A stretch of 63,629 nt of DNA, filler included, from Olpidium bornovanus S191 (GCA_017911155.1; 30 parts of 30 records of this genome joined end to end with filler, not necessarily neighbours in it), one strand, 5' to 3'. Counted from the first letter of the whole stretch, positions 34,623-48,606 are shown. Numbers and translations: made by a program. The notes: generated by a model not told the origin, from the letters alone.

Positions 34623-37156
34623 CTTCCACACGAGTTTCGCCGCAACTTTTGAACTTTTTGACAGTTGCGCTTGCGGGCGGGGACGGAGCGCCCGGGAGGG
34701 ACGTGGGGAGGGGCGGGAAGTAATTTCGGTGTCGCCTGAGGCCACGTCTGGGGCCCACATTGCTTTGTAACACTGCGAAAGTCTCGCAGTGCGCCTTTCC
34801 ATTGATTTTCTGGTATGGGAGAAACGCCACAGGACATCACTTCCGTCGCTGGCTGCGGGTTCGGTGACCGTACTGGTTCGTTTTCAGAACTACAACAGAC
34901 CTCGCAAAGACATTGACTAAATTTCCCTGCAACTTATTTGTACTGACTTACTGTGCAACGTTTGATCAGGCGCTCCCGCCCAAGAGCAAAATGCTGCTGA
35001 AAAGGTAGGAAAAAAAGAAAGGGAGAAATGCGGCTGAAGTAGCAGGAGAAGAAAGGGGGAAATGCAACTGGAAGGGAAGCGAAGTGCGGGCGCGGGGTAG
35101 GTTGCTGAACGCCGAAGGAAGTCAGGAGGACGAGAGCGGCAGGGCCGCGCTGAGCGACGCGGACCCCGAAGACAACGGGTGGTCTCCGCCAAGTCACTTT
35201 CCCAGACTAGCAGAAAACGCCTTTTGTGCTTCGTCCACCATTTTCTTCTTTTCCCTGCAACATCAGAACGCAACATCAAAACTCGCCGTCAGACGGCCGC
35301 CACTCCTTCCCTCACTCTCCACCCATCCCCTCTCCTTGCGCGGCCTCCCCCCCAATCGCATGCCGGCAACATCCATTGACCCGCCACGAGAATCAACAAG
35401 AACGCGCGTCCGTACCTGCCCACCAGGCAGCTGATGGCACCAAGCGTCCTCCCCGTAATTCTCGACATCTCTTCATAAGACATCGTCGGCACCACCTTTA
35501 NNNNNNNNNNNNNNNNNNNNNNNNNNNNNNNNNNNNNNNNNNNNTTAATTAATTAANNNNNNNNNNNNNNNNNNNNNNNNNNNNNNNNNNNNNNNNNNNN
35601 CGGGCCATTCCAGCGTGGGCGCAGTTTTTCGGCTGGCGAGTGTACTTTGCCTGGGTTGATGAGCCGCGGGGAATGCAGCATAACTTCGTCACCCAGGACA
35701 AAGGGTGCCGGTTCGGCATGGTTGCTTTTTCTGCACGAACCTTTGCGACAAGGCGTTGGAAGTTTTCGGTCATATCCGTCACGCTCAGTCAGGGGTAGGT
35801 GTCCACAATCAGCTCCTCTGTATACCTCTCGCTGAGCTGCAGGGCAATGCACATAAATGCAGTGTTGTACTCAGAGATGGACTTGTAATTGCCGAGTTTG
35901 CAGATCAGAAGTTACCGCCAGGGTCGATTCTCAACATCGGCCGGTAGAAATTGCTTCTTGACTGCGGATTTAAAATCCGTCCAAGTCTTGATGGCTTTGG
36001 ACTGATCCAGGCGTGCCGCGCGCTTTCAAGACAACCACCAAATTGCCGCAAGTTCTGGGATGCCAGGAGAACCGGTGCGGTCTCAGAATAGTTGGCGATT
36101 TCAATGTACGTCTCAAACTTCTTGATGAGGAGATTCAGGTGTGCAGCTCCTCCAGTCCCATCGTACTTTGGTATGGTGTCCAGCAGTTTCTTGCGCAGTG
36201 CTTTATCATCGTTCAGAGTCCCACGTCGATGTCGACGAGAACTCCGATGTGACGGCTCGCTGTCTTTGTCAGATGATGGCGAACTTGAAGAAGAGATGGT
36301 TGTGCGACGCCTTCGTTCACGGTGGCGGCGATATCGGCGGCCGCGGCGTTCCGCTTCATCCTCTGAGTCTGAATCAGATTCGTCGGAGGTAGCGGACTTA
36401 TGTGCGTTTTTAATTTTGCGACACGTTTGTCGTGAGTTGTGACGATGTTCCCTCCTGTTCCTGTCTTGTTCTAGGTCAGCGTCGTCGGGTGCGACGAGAG
36501 AGAGAGCATTATCGGAGGTTCTCACTTCCTTGTTAACAGAGTATTCACTGTGGTATGAGGAACCCATCAGGTCTTGCCGGTTCGCATGGCCAACGGTCCC
36601 TTTGTCCTTTCGACGCCTCCCTGCCCGTTTCCGGGCTGCAGCACGGCCTTGCTGCGGGAGGGGTAACCGTCAGCAGATGCCGAATCTGCGTTTCGTTGTT
36701 GGCCGACCTGGGAGTCCTCTTCTGGTTCTTTGGAATTGTCGGGTAGTTTCCCGAAAAAACGCGAGTTCCTTGTGTGGCGTGTGGGATTATACCGACCTTC
36801 TCAAGCCGCTTGGCAACGTCAAATTCGCTGCCCCTCTCGGTGTCCGACGCAGCCCTGCGTGGTGTGCGGACTGACAATGCGCTCTGTTTGCTGGTGTCTT
36901 CTGAGCTTTCCTTGCCACTAGCTCCTAGTGTCCTCTCGCCTTTCCTCGCGTCCACCTGGATCAGTTCCATTTGCTCGTGAAGGCGTCATAGAGAAGCCTT
37001 GGACTGTGTGGAAGCGGTCATACCGTCGGCGTGCTTCGGAGTTACGACGGTAGAAGGGACGCAGCGCGATTTTGCCTGCGTGTTTTGACGGATGAAAAAT
37101 GGAGAGAACCACCCGGAGAGTGCGCAAAAAAAAAAACGGCGAAGGCGAAGCGCGGG

Positions 37157-37495
37157 GCACGGCGACGGCGAAATGGGCGGATGGTGGCGCGCGGCGGTTG
37201 CGCGGCGGTGGTTGCGCGGCGGTGGTTGCGCGGCGGTGGCGGCGGCGGCACGCGACGGCGAAATGCGCGGATGGTGGCGCGCGGCGGTTGCGCGGCGGTG
37301 GGCGCGCGGCGGTTGCGCGGCGGTGGGCGCGCGGCGGTTGCGCGGCGGTGGGCGCGCGGCGGTTGCGCGGCGGTGGGCGCGCGGCGGGCGCGCGGCGGTT
37401 GCGCGGCGGTGGGCGCGCGGCGGTTGCGCGGCGGTGTGCGCCGCGGCGATGGCGGCGGAGCGCGGCGGCGATGGCGGCGGAGCGCGGCGGCGGAG
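37157..37495. repeat. GC-rich minisatellite (GCGCGGCGGTT/GCGCGGCGGTGG units) in the retroelement leader
   Basis: Units of about 11-12 and 23 bp, plus a higher-order duplication of about 90 bp starting GCAC-GCGACGGCGAAATG. Confidence 0.85.
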
Positions 37496-37520
37496 AGGGG
37501 CTTCGCCGTCAGGTCCAAGT

Positions 37521-37533
37521 TGGGCTCATAACC
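37521..37533 (-). other. Primer-binding site complementary to the 5' half of initiator tRNA-Met (GGTTATGAGCCCA)
   Basis: The minus strand reads ...AATAAAACAACGAAATCGCAACG-GGTTATGAGCCCA. GGTTATGAGCCC is the established Ty5/copia-type half-tRNA PBS, and it sits between the probable LTR and gag. Confidence 0.75.
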
Positions 37534-37636
37534 CGTTGCGATTTCGTTGTTTTATTTTGTGTTTATCCCGTGATGAGGTGGAGGTGTCTGATAGTAGGGA
37601 AAAACTGAACTACACGAGAAATATGTGTGTGACGCT

Positions 37637-37873
37637 GCGGTGAGTCCTCCGGGATGACGGCGGAGGCGTTGTGAGTCCTCCGGAATGGCGGGGAAGGCCG
37701 TGAGTCCTCTCCGGGAAGACGGGGGAGGCGCGGTGAGTCCTCCGGGATGACTGCGGAGGCGCGGTGAGTCCTCCGAGATTGCGGGGGAGGCGCGGTGAGT
37801 CTTCTCCGGGATGATGAGGGAGGCGCGGTGAGCCCTCCGGGATGACGGCGGAGTCGCGGTGAGTCCTCCGAGA
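37637..37873. repeat. Tandem 31-bp repeat GTGAGTCCTCCGGGATGACGGCGGAGGCGCG, 8 copies (last cut by the contig end), within the probable 5' LTR
   Basis: Units are readable directly; most contain a CCTCC(G)...(C)GGAGG inverted repeat. Confidence 0.92.
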
Positions 37874-39086
37874 NNNNNNNNNNNNNNNNNNNNNNNNNNN
37901 NNNNNNNNNNNNNNNNNTTAATTAATTAANNNNNNNNNNNNNNNNNNNNNNNNNNNNNNNNNNNNNNNNNNNNCATGCAGCAGCTCACGTGACCGCGCAC
38001 GGGGCGAAAACGCTCGCGGGCGCCGGAACTAAGTTGACGGCCGCGACGCCGTAGCCGCAATGGGAGTGGGAATTTGGAACACTTTCGCTGCTCTTTTCCA
38101 ATCGCATTACGTGGAGTCTGCCGGCCGTCGAGGTTGACGGCCACCGTCGACGTTTCGTTGAGCCGTTGGGAACCTATCCGCCGTCGAAGGTGGATTGAGG
38201 ATGGTATACGGTTGTTCACGGCGTTGGGCCGTATGATCACCAGATCGGAATCTGCGCAAAACACCTGAAAACACCATCGCTCTCTCTCGTCGTGCTGTGG
38301 GCCCAAGATTTAAGCAAACTAAGTTTCCCGTTTTGTTTCTCCCCATCTTTCTACGTCGTGCTGCGCGCGCAACGCAAAAAAGCCGTAGTGAACCTTGTTT
38401 TGGATTCCTCCTGCGTACCATGGCCCTCAATTTCGCCTTCGCCTCCACCGGTGCGCACTGCGCACCGGTGCATAGCTCCGCTGGCCTTTTCGGCCCTCCG
38501 GGCGAACGGAGGTAACTTACCTCTCGCGGGCGTGCGACGCCAAGAACCACCTCGTTGCGAGTGATGTGCACGTGGCAGTTGCCCTCGGGACACACCGGGC
38601 GCATTCCGGGCGGCCGAAAGCTGTACCGTCTCCCAGAGGGCGACAGCCCTCATTCTCCTGCGCCGCCACTTGGCGCTGAACCCCCAAGCCTGCCGCGTTT
38701 TCGAGGACGGCCCGGATAGCTCTGGGTCACCCTATCCAACAGGTCGTTAACGAAATGAACGTCCTCCTGCCTCGCACGTTGGACGACTGGCTGACCATCC
38801 GCGTGAAGGACTTTTCTGTAGGGGATTTTGATATCAAGCTCCAAAACTCCGTCGGCATCCTCCACTGTGCGGTGAGCCCGTTTCAGATGGTCAAACGGTA
38901 GGAAAAGACGCTGAGGGCCCGCCCTGCAGCCGTGGCCGTGCTCGCCGACCAGTACTGCCGCGCGTGCTACGCGACTATCGACCAGCTGTTGGTTCAACTC
39001 ATTATCACGGAAAGGAACCAAGAGTTCCTTCGCAACAGCAAAGCATGCCCGGCGGAGGCGCCAGCGCCGGAAACGCTTGCAGCCCT

Positions 39087-39159
39087 GCTGCAAGGGGCCC
39101 ACCCCGGAGCCGCAAAAGACGGGCTGCAAGGGGCCCACCCCGGAGCCGCAAAAGACGGG
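39087..39159. repeat. Perfect 36-bp tandem duplication
   Basis: GCTGCAAGGGGCCCACCCCGGAGCCGCAAAAGACGG occurs twice (39087 and 39123). Confidence 0.95.
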
Positions 39160-39283
39160 CAAGGGGACCGGCCACCACCCTGGGAGCCGTCGGACTGACG
39201 GGGGCATCCAAAAGCGGGCTCCCTACAAGGAGATCCGCGAGAGCCACCTCTGCGGGCGAACTGGGCACCTTCCGCCGTGCGGG

Positions 39284-39333
39284 TGGACTAGGCGGGAGGA
39301 CGGCGCTGCAGCGCCGTCCTACCGCCTAGTCCA
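39284..39333. repeat. 50-bp spacerless palindrome with one mismatch
   Basis: TGGACTAGGCGGGAGGACGGCGCTG|CAGCGCCGTCCTACCGCCTAGTCCA; 24 of 25 arm positions pair. Confidence 0.95.
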
Positions 39334-40723
39334 GTCCGCCATGAATACCGAAACATCCGTGGATTTTTTGGGCAAATCAAACGGCGTTGCGGTCGCTTGG
39401 CGGATGAAACTGGGAAATTATGCCGATATGCTTCTCGGCAAGGGCGACCCACGGTGCGATCCGGCAGTGCAGTTGATGGAATGTTTGGGCGAGGTGTATA
39501 AAGCTAAACCATTCGGTGCCGGTGGGCAAGGCTGATCGGGTCCCGGAACCGGCGAGCACGGGTCTGAACCAGTCGGGGCGAGCTGCTTTATTTGGCGCAT
39601 CTTTCGACGGCATATCGGGCGAGCTAATTTCGAAAACCGCATTCCAAAAAGGCGTTCGCGCACCTCGACTCGGAGCGCACGCGTCTTCGCTTTTATGTAT
39701 TCACCCTGGTGAGGTTCCGCCGGGACTCGAGCTTTTAACATGCGCGGAGGATGTGTGACATCCAAGGGGGCCGGGCAGGCCGCTGTGTAATTTCGCTGCG
39801 ATCATCGGGTTGGGAGAGTCAAACATGCGGCATGGGCGGGCAGTACCAGTCGCCGCTCGGATCAGTTCCCTGCCAAGGGTCCGGTCGGTAGGGATCAGCT
39901 CCAACGCAGACGTCAGCAGTTACGTAGGTCCATCTCTTCTCGAGCTTATCNNNNNNNNNNNNNNNNNNNNNNNNNNNNNNNNNNNNNNNNNNNNTTAATT
40001 AATTAANNNNNNNNNNNNNNNNNNNNNNNNNNNNNNNNNNNNNNNNNNNNACATGGTAGCGCTGTTCTCAACAGGGACTTTTCCTTGTTAAACCTCATCC
40101 CACAGCTAAAGCGAAAAATTCTCCGGAAGCAATGGAAGTAGTAATAAATGGAAAAGTGACCCAACCCGAAATCGGAAATTACCCTGGTTCTATATCTCTG
40201 AGGAAGCAGAGCTCGGCTGAGGTGCAGTGGTGGATGCTTGTTTGTTTCGGGTTCTGTTCCGTTTGTGACTGCGGCTGGTTTGAGGCGCGTGGGCAGTACA
40301 GGTAGGCTCGACTTTATTCGGTGAGAGCAGGACGCCGCAACGGCCACGCCGAGTTAACCTTTTTTCTTTCGTTTGTCGTGCATTTTTTTTACAGGCACAA
40401 TGGCCGACCACTTTTCGTTCGAAAAGTGTTTTTGTAAGCGGAGAGGAGGAAGGGGGTGGGGGAGGTGAACGTAGAACTCCGACAGAAACGTAAAAGCCGC
40501 TCCTCCACGCCCCACCACACTCCAAAATCCAAAAACTAACGAGAAATCTTCCCGCCTCTTTCGAAAGGAAGTTCCGTCGTCTCGTCGGATTTCCGAACGC
40601 TCCTCGCGCGCGAGGGGGCACCGGTGGTGAGCGCGGAGAAAGGAAGGAAAAGAGGGGGGGAGGACGCCGGCGGACGGGAACCCCCGCCATACGCGCCGGC
40701 GGACCGCGCGCACGCCTCCAGGG

Positions 40724-41044
40724 ATGGACAACGGCAGGCCGAACATCAACGGGGCGGCGGTGCTCTCGAACGCGCAGGACATCGGGCAGGCGCGGTCTTC
40801 GATGGCCATGGTGTTCGGCGCCGCTGCAGGGGTGCTTGGCCTCACAAACTGGAGCGGGCTGCTCTTCTACGCCGCTGCATCCACCCTCATGTCCGCCGCC
40901 CTGCTGGTGTTCGCCGCCAAGGGCAGACCCGACAGGTACCTGCGCCACAGCTACGAGATCTGGACCGAGGGCGTTCTGGGCGGGCTGTTCTCCTACGTCC
41001 TCTTTTGGACTTTTCTCTACGGCCTCGTCCACGTGTACGACTGA
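40724..41044 (+). CDS. EMC6: ER membrane protein complex subunit 6 (complete, single exon)
   Basis: AVLSNAQDIGQARSSMAMVFGAAAGVLGLTNWSGLLFY...EGVLGGLFSYVLFWTFLYGLVHVYD*. Confidence 0.96.
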   Translation: MDNGRPNINGAAVLSNAQDIGQARSSMAMVFGAAAGVLGLTNWSGLLFYAAASTLMSAALLVFAAKGRPDRYLRHSYEIWTEGVLGGLFSYVLFWTFLYGLVHVYD

Positions 41045-41113
41045 AATTTTGCGGAGAACCTCGCCGGACCTGTTCGGGGAGGAGGGAGGGGTGGGGGGGA
41101 GCGGGGAGCGGGG

Positions 41114-43000
41114 ATGGCGACGGCGGGGGGGGGAGCTCGCGTGGCGTCCGCAGGCCCCGCGACGAGCCCGAACGCTTGGACACGGGCGGGCGCGCAAAGG
41201 GAAGAAAGAGTGCTGCCGAGCGAGGCGCGCTGGGCGGCGTACCTCCCTACCGCGGAACGAGCACACGTCGGGATGGCTGCCCCTCCCTGGTGCCCGCTCG
41301 CGCCTCGGCGATTTGCGTTGCTGGAGGCTCATCATTTGCTGCCGAACCTCGAACGTGCGAACGTTCACAACAACTTCCCCCGCCCTTTAGACTCTTCTCC
41401 AAACAGTTTTCCCGCCATCTATCCCGTACGCGATGCGCGCGAGATCCAGGTGCACAGGGTGTGCGGCCCCATCCTGCCGTTTGCCGACGTAAATAAATGT
41501 ACTTCGGAGCGGAACTGCGTCAGCCGCGTATTTAAAGTTAAAGGCCAGGGAGTCCGGCGGCTGACGGCGAAAGTGCGCCCTGTCAGCAAATCTGGTTCGG
41601 CAGGTTTTGATAGACTGCGACATTGTGGAGGAAATCACTTCCTGGCTCCTCCGCAAACTTGGTTCGTAACATGTTTGATGCAAACTCGGTCGCTGCAAAA
41701 GCACGTAAAAATCTTGAAGGAGCAAAGCCGAATCTGCGGTGGACCCCGAACCGCGGATTTGAGGAGGCGGAGGAAGGGGGGGGGGGGGGGGGGGGAGGGG
41801 GGGGGGGGGGTGCCGGAAAAGGTGACTTTTCGTTGTGGGTTTTGGATCCGAGGAACACGGGAAGTACGCAGAGCGCAAGCAAGACGCGCGGCGGTGACGC
41901 AGCAGAGCATTATTTTAATACACACCAATACGATTTGTTTCTGGCTTGTACCACGTCCTGCCGTCCTGCACCACGTTGGTGCGGCGCGAGGACCGTAGCA
42001 AACCCCACCCCTACCCCTCCCTGCAATCTGCCTTGCTTGGGCGCCGGACGCGAGTAAAATGACGGTGTAGTACATCTATGTATATTAAATAATTAAAAAT
42101 CTATAATTATAGTAATATTTATAATTATAATTATTATTTATATTCTGCTGCGGACAACCCGTTCTTCCTGGAAGCGGATACGCGAGAGTGGGGGAAAATG
42201 TGCTCAGCGATGGCTTCGGCTTCGGCTTCGGCTTCGGCTTCGGGCTGACGGTGACCGCACAACACGCAAACAAGTGACATTTTTGGAAGAGGACTTCCGC
42301 GAATCGTCAAATAAACTCAATCAGGATCTTGAATTGCAAGTTGATGGCGATTTTGGCAAGAAATTTTCGTAAGACCCAAACCCAATAGTTCGGGAACAAT
42401 TGGAAAGTCACTCGGTAAATAATGGTTGCCCAAAACGATACCGGAGTCCGCCGGATTCGCCGCCGGGACCACCGAGCGTTGCGTGAAACTATTACATCCC
42501 GTACATCCTCTACGGGCGCACAGTGAAAGAATGTCGCGCCCAGACGTTGCAGGTTTCGGCCGCTGTTTCTGTCCCGCTCTCCTGCCTCTGCGCCTCCCCC
42601 CCGCCGGGCCGTCAGCGGCCGGCCGCGCCATGTTTTGGTTTTCTACACCCGACAAAATGAGGAGGGATGCGGCCTGCTTTCGCGCCAGTACCGCACCGAC
42701 GTGGACGTGTTCAGAGGCGACGTGCTCGCAACCCGCACTGTACCAGTGGAACGAAGAGCCGATAAAACTCAGTGAGAGCATCTAAGGCCGGCTCGGGGTT
42801 TCAGGGCCAGAGCCAGAAATCTGTAGTGCGTAGGCGAATAAGTCCGTATATGCGATAGCAAACGCGGAAATGAATTCGCCCCACGATCAAGATTCAATGC
42901 ATTCGATAATATCCGACACGGCCATATGCGGTGTTTTCTCAAATTTTGTCGGCAAACATGGCGGCAACGGCTTATGTTGCCGAGTTTCGAGTCTCCATCG
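41114..43000 (+). CDS. Probable multi-exon gene of unknown function; exon structure unresolved
   Basis: Plus-strand donor-like sites (GTAACA, GTAAGA, GTAAAT) and coding-like segments FPAIYPVRDAREIQ, VLIDCDIVEEITSWLLRKLG, DLELQVDGDFGKKF and GRPRHVLVFYTRQNEEGCGLLSRQYRTDVDVFRGDVL. Confidence 0.3.
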
Positions 43001-43769
43001 CGTGCAGCCTCGCCAGCCAAAACACGAGGATGAACACGCAACGGGTACTTCGTCCCCTTTCGGCCAAAGGAGAGAGCGTAACAAGGGATTGTCCTTTGCA
43101 CGACTGGCAGAGACCCAACTGTACATTTCCCTTTTATACACACCAAAAACGCATCTCACTGCGCGCACCGGACACCGCCAACGCCGTCGCTGGCAAAACG
43201 GATATGAGGGAAAATCAGAAATTTCATCTGTTGCCCCCCTGATTCGGAATCAACTGTTCTCAGAGACCTTAAAAAATTCGCCCCTGCCGTCCAGATTCGC
43301 CTTCCAAGCCAGCCTACAGATTCTAGTTTTCATCGTCCGCTGCACTTGATGATCAGCATTCGACCAGCACGTTATAAGTCGTAAGAAGTTGTGCATTCAC
43401 AATGTGTGAACATTTCTACGGATACATTGCGGACGATAAGGTTGCCCGCGGTGCCGCATACTGCGTGAAAGTTCAATCGACTTCCTGAGCAGACACTTGA
43501 AAACAAGGAAGGCACGGACGCGCCAATTCCGTGCCGCCCCGGAGAGCCAGGACCAGGTGGAGCACGGATCCGCCCTCGATGTTGTACTCATTTGCCATGN
43601 NNNNNNNNNNNNNNNNNNNNNNNNNNNNNNNNNNNNNNNNNNNTTAATTAATTAANNNNNNNNNNNNNNNNNNNNNNNNNNNNNNNNNNNNNNNNNNNNC
43701 CCCCCCCCCCCAACCCCACTCCTCCTCGTCGCGTCCGGAAAATGGGAAAGCGCCGGCCCGTCCGCATAT

Positions 43770-45794
43770 TTAGGCTGGCACGACCGTCGACCGGGCTCGA
43801 TCGGGCCAACATTGTCTGTAACCGGCGGCGGGTGCGGGCCGGCAATGGGCCGAAGCGATGCTCTCCGCCGCCGCCGCCGCGGCCACCTGCAAGGTGTACG
43901 CGCGGGCCCGCGTGCAGCACAGCTCGAGCTGGTGGAACAGGAGAGCGGACGCGCGCGCGTATATGGGCAGCGAAACGTGCAGACGGTAGCTGATAAGCTT
44001 GAGGAAAGTCACCTCCAGCCGGTTCACCTCCCACAGGTACAGGCCGCTCATGGTCGCCCACGCCTTGTTGGAATAGTGGCAGTCGCGCAGGTATTTGGAC
44101 GCCACCATCAGCGCCGCGATGAACATACGCCGCCCGCACTGCGTCAGGTCCGCGGGCGAACGGCCCGGCTGCCGGCCGGCGGCGGCGGCGGCGGCGGGAG
44201 CCACGGCGACGGGTACTGATGGGATTTGCGGGTATGCGTCAGACGCGCGACTTATATGACAGTATCGGAAGCAGGGGAGCGCAACCGAGGCAAGGATGGA
44301 ACTGAAGAGAAGCAGCAAAGGCAAAACATGCAGTATAAGACGACACGGGGGCCGGAAAAACGCAGGGATAAAAGAGGGGAGGCAGGGGACGCGGGACAAA
44401 CAGACGCGCTTCAATAAAATTTAATGACTTTACCCACCTTGTGAGGTTGTGAGAGAGTGAGCGGAATCCGGCAAAAGCGAGAGGGTGAGACACGACCCCA
44501 CCTGGGCGAGTTGTGACACGCCATTTGCTGTGAAGCAGGCGACGGGCCGCCGTTTCCGGTGCGGCGATTCCGCTTCCGACATGTCCCGCGTCGCGGCGGC
44601 GTCAGGAGCCGCCCTCGGCCCAACGCATATTTCGCAATTCCGAAGCGACGGGGTCGCGCAAGGCGCCGCGACGGTTGCGGGCCCGACGGGAGTCGCAGCC
44701 CTCCGGAGCTGCTTGTACGCATACAGGCCGGTCTTGGCCCGGATCAGATAAACGAGCGCGGTTTGGAGGGTCCAGAATGACGTCCGGGACCGCCTGAGCG
44801 CCTCACGCACGAACTGGTGCAGCGGCAGAGAACGAGAGCCGCGCGCAGCCTCCGCCCCCCGGCACGGGTCCTGTTGTTCGGGCCAGATCCGGCTAATGAC
44901 GTCGACCACGTGGCCTTGAATTTTTTTTTTTTTTTTTTGAGAGCGTCGCGTCGCAGATCCGTCGTGCGCCGACGGAGGAAGAGCCGCCGCAAACGACCGC
45001 CAAGGGTGTACAATACCGGGAGCAGCGGGAAATTTTTTTTTTTTGGTTTGGCGCGGAGCACCAAGAACGGGAAGGCCGAGAATTCGGCAGGCGGAAAGGG
45101 GCCCGGAGACCGTGGCAAGAAGTAAAACCCGGCCCGGAGAAGAGGGAACGGAAAAGCGTCGGGTAAGCTGCGTGGTTTCAGTCGTAATCGGTTGTCCGGT
45201 GCGGAGTTCGTTGACTGAGCCCAGTTGCGGAGACGCGGCGCACAATTCAATTTTCGCCAAGACTTCATGCGCTGTCAGTCCCCGAGATGGAGGTTGACGA
45301 AACGGCGGGACCTACGCCACACGGGAAAGGGATACAACCTGGCGCGGAATGCGAAAAGAGAAAAGGTATCCGCCTCCCGCTCCCCCTTCCCCACCCTCTT
45401 GCCTCTTTCTTCCCTGCCCAGGGCACACACCGATGAGGTGCTCGACGAACGCTTCCTTGTCGCACCCTAGAGCCGCCACCCAGGCCGGAGTGTCCTCGGA
45501 GTCTCCCGCGCGATGAGCAGCGGCCGCCGCCGCCGGGTAGGGCCCTCGACTTCCGTCGTCCGGCCGGGGTCTTTTGCGGCGGGCCTCTGCCTTTGAATCT
45601 GCCGCTGCCGCTGCCGCCACTGGCGCGACTGGGGCGCGGAGTGGCGGCGGCGGCGGCGGCGAATCCAGGGCGGCGAACACGGTCGAGTCTGGCGGGGAGC
45701 GGTATGCGGCGGCGGCGGCGCCCGCCAGGACCGGCGGCATTCGGGGCGCCAAACCCGGGCGGGTCCCGCCCGGACAACCCGAGCGCACGCACAT
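43770..45794 (-). CDS. Pho85-associated (Pcl-type) cyclin, multi-exon
   Basis: VVDVISRIWP, FVREALRRSRTSFWTLQTALVYLIR and CGRRMFIAALMVASKYLRDCHYSNKAWATMSGLYLWEVNRLEVTFLKLISYRLHVS. The start codon choice is uncertain. Confidence 0.92.
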
Positions 45795-45827
45795 CCCCGA
45801 AGGGGAAGGAGTAAGGGCCTTTTCTCG

Positions 45828-45897
<70 letters not shown>

Positions 45898-46008
45898 ANN
45901 NNNNNNNNNNNNNNNNNNNNNNNNNNNNNNNNNNNNNNNNNNTTAATTAATTAANNNNNNNNNNNNNNNNNNNNNNNNNNNNNNNNNNNNNNNNNNNNAC
46001 GGCGCGAA

Positions 46009-46047
<39 letters not shown>

Positions 46048-46140
46048 AAAAAGGGAAAAACCCTTTTTTCCCCGTGCCGGAGGACGCCCATCGTCGTTCG
46101 GTTTCTTTAAAAAAAAAAAAAAAAAAAAACACGACAGTAA

Positions 46141-48090
<1,950 letters not shown>

Positions 48091-48606
48091 NNNNNNNNNN
48101 NNNNNNNNNNNNNNNNNNNNNNNNNNNNNNNNNNTTAATTAATTAANNNNNNNNNNNNNNNNNNNNNNNNNNNNNNNNNNNNNNNNNNNNCCCCCCGCTC
48201 CTCCAGCCGCCGGTCCGCCCGCCGGGGCCTGCCTGCCAACGATCGGCAACAAAGGCAAAAATCAGAGAAAGGAAAGAAACGAAGAACAAAAAACAAAAAA
48301 AAAAGGAAGGAAAGAAACGAAGAACAAAAAACAAAAAAAAAAGGAAAGGAAAGAAAGAAAAAAAAAATTACGCGATCTCCGAGCTACAACGGAAACTTCC
48401 CCTCCCACTCCCCCACCCCAACGGCCACGTCATCCCGAAAATCGGCGGAATTCGGCAAAACAAGGACATGAAATCGCCGGAGGTTCTTTTTGCCGCGGCG
48501 ACGGGCTTCCGCCCGACCGCCCTACCCCCGTGGACCCTTCCGCGTCGAAACTGATCCACGGCATCGACGCCCCACCGCGCATCGTCCGAGCCAAGCGGTA
48601 TCCGAC

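Larger units (their letters stand above)
35601..37873 (-). mobile_element. Degenerate, internally deleted Ty3/Gypsy LTR retrotransposon (LTR end, PBS, gag, integrase C-terminus)
   Basis: gag core LLDTIPKYDG...AW / TWTDFKSAVKKQFLP...*...KSISEYNTAF with frameshift and stops. It is joined near 35790 directly to the integrase tail FVLGDEVML...EKLRPRWNGP (GPY/F module). Protease, RT, RNase H and integrase core are absent. Confidence 0.88.
38630..39950 (+). pseudogene. Decayed intronless reading frame of unknown family
   Basis: Coding-like segments LILLRRHLALNPQACRVFEDG / HPIQQVVNEMNVLLPRTLDDWLTIRVKDFSVGDFDIKLQNSVGILHCAVSPFQMVKR*EKTL...DQYCRACYATIDQLLVQLII / DFLGKSNGVAVAWRMKLGNYADMLLGKG / ...CAEDV*HPRG. 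They are broken by a TAG at 38899-38901, a further stop and several frameshifts. Confidence 0.45.

Noticed and set aside
37031-37643. ARGGCAAVG-type repeat proteins in several frames
   Set aside because: They are translations of the GC-rich minisatellite in the retroelement leader.
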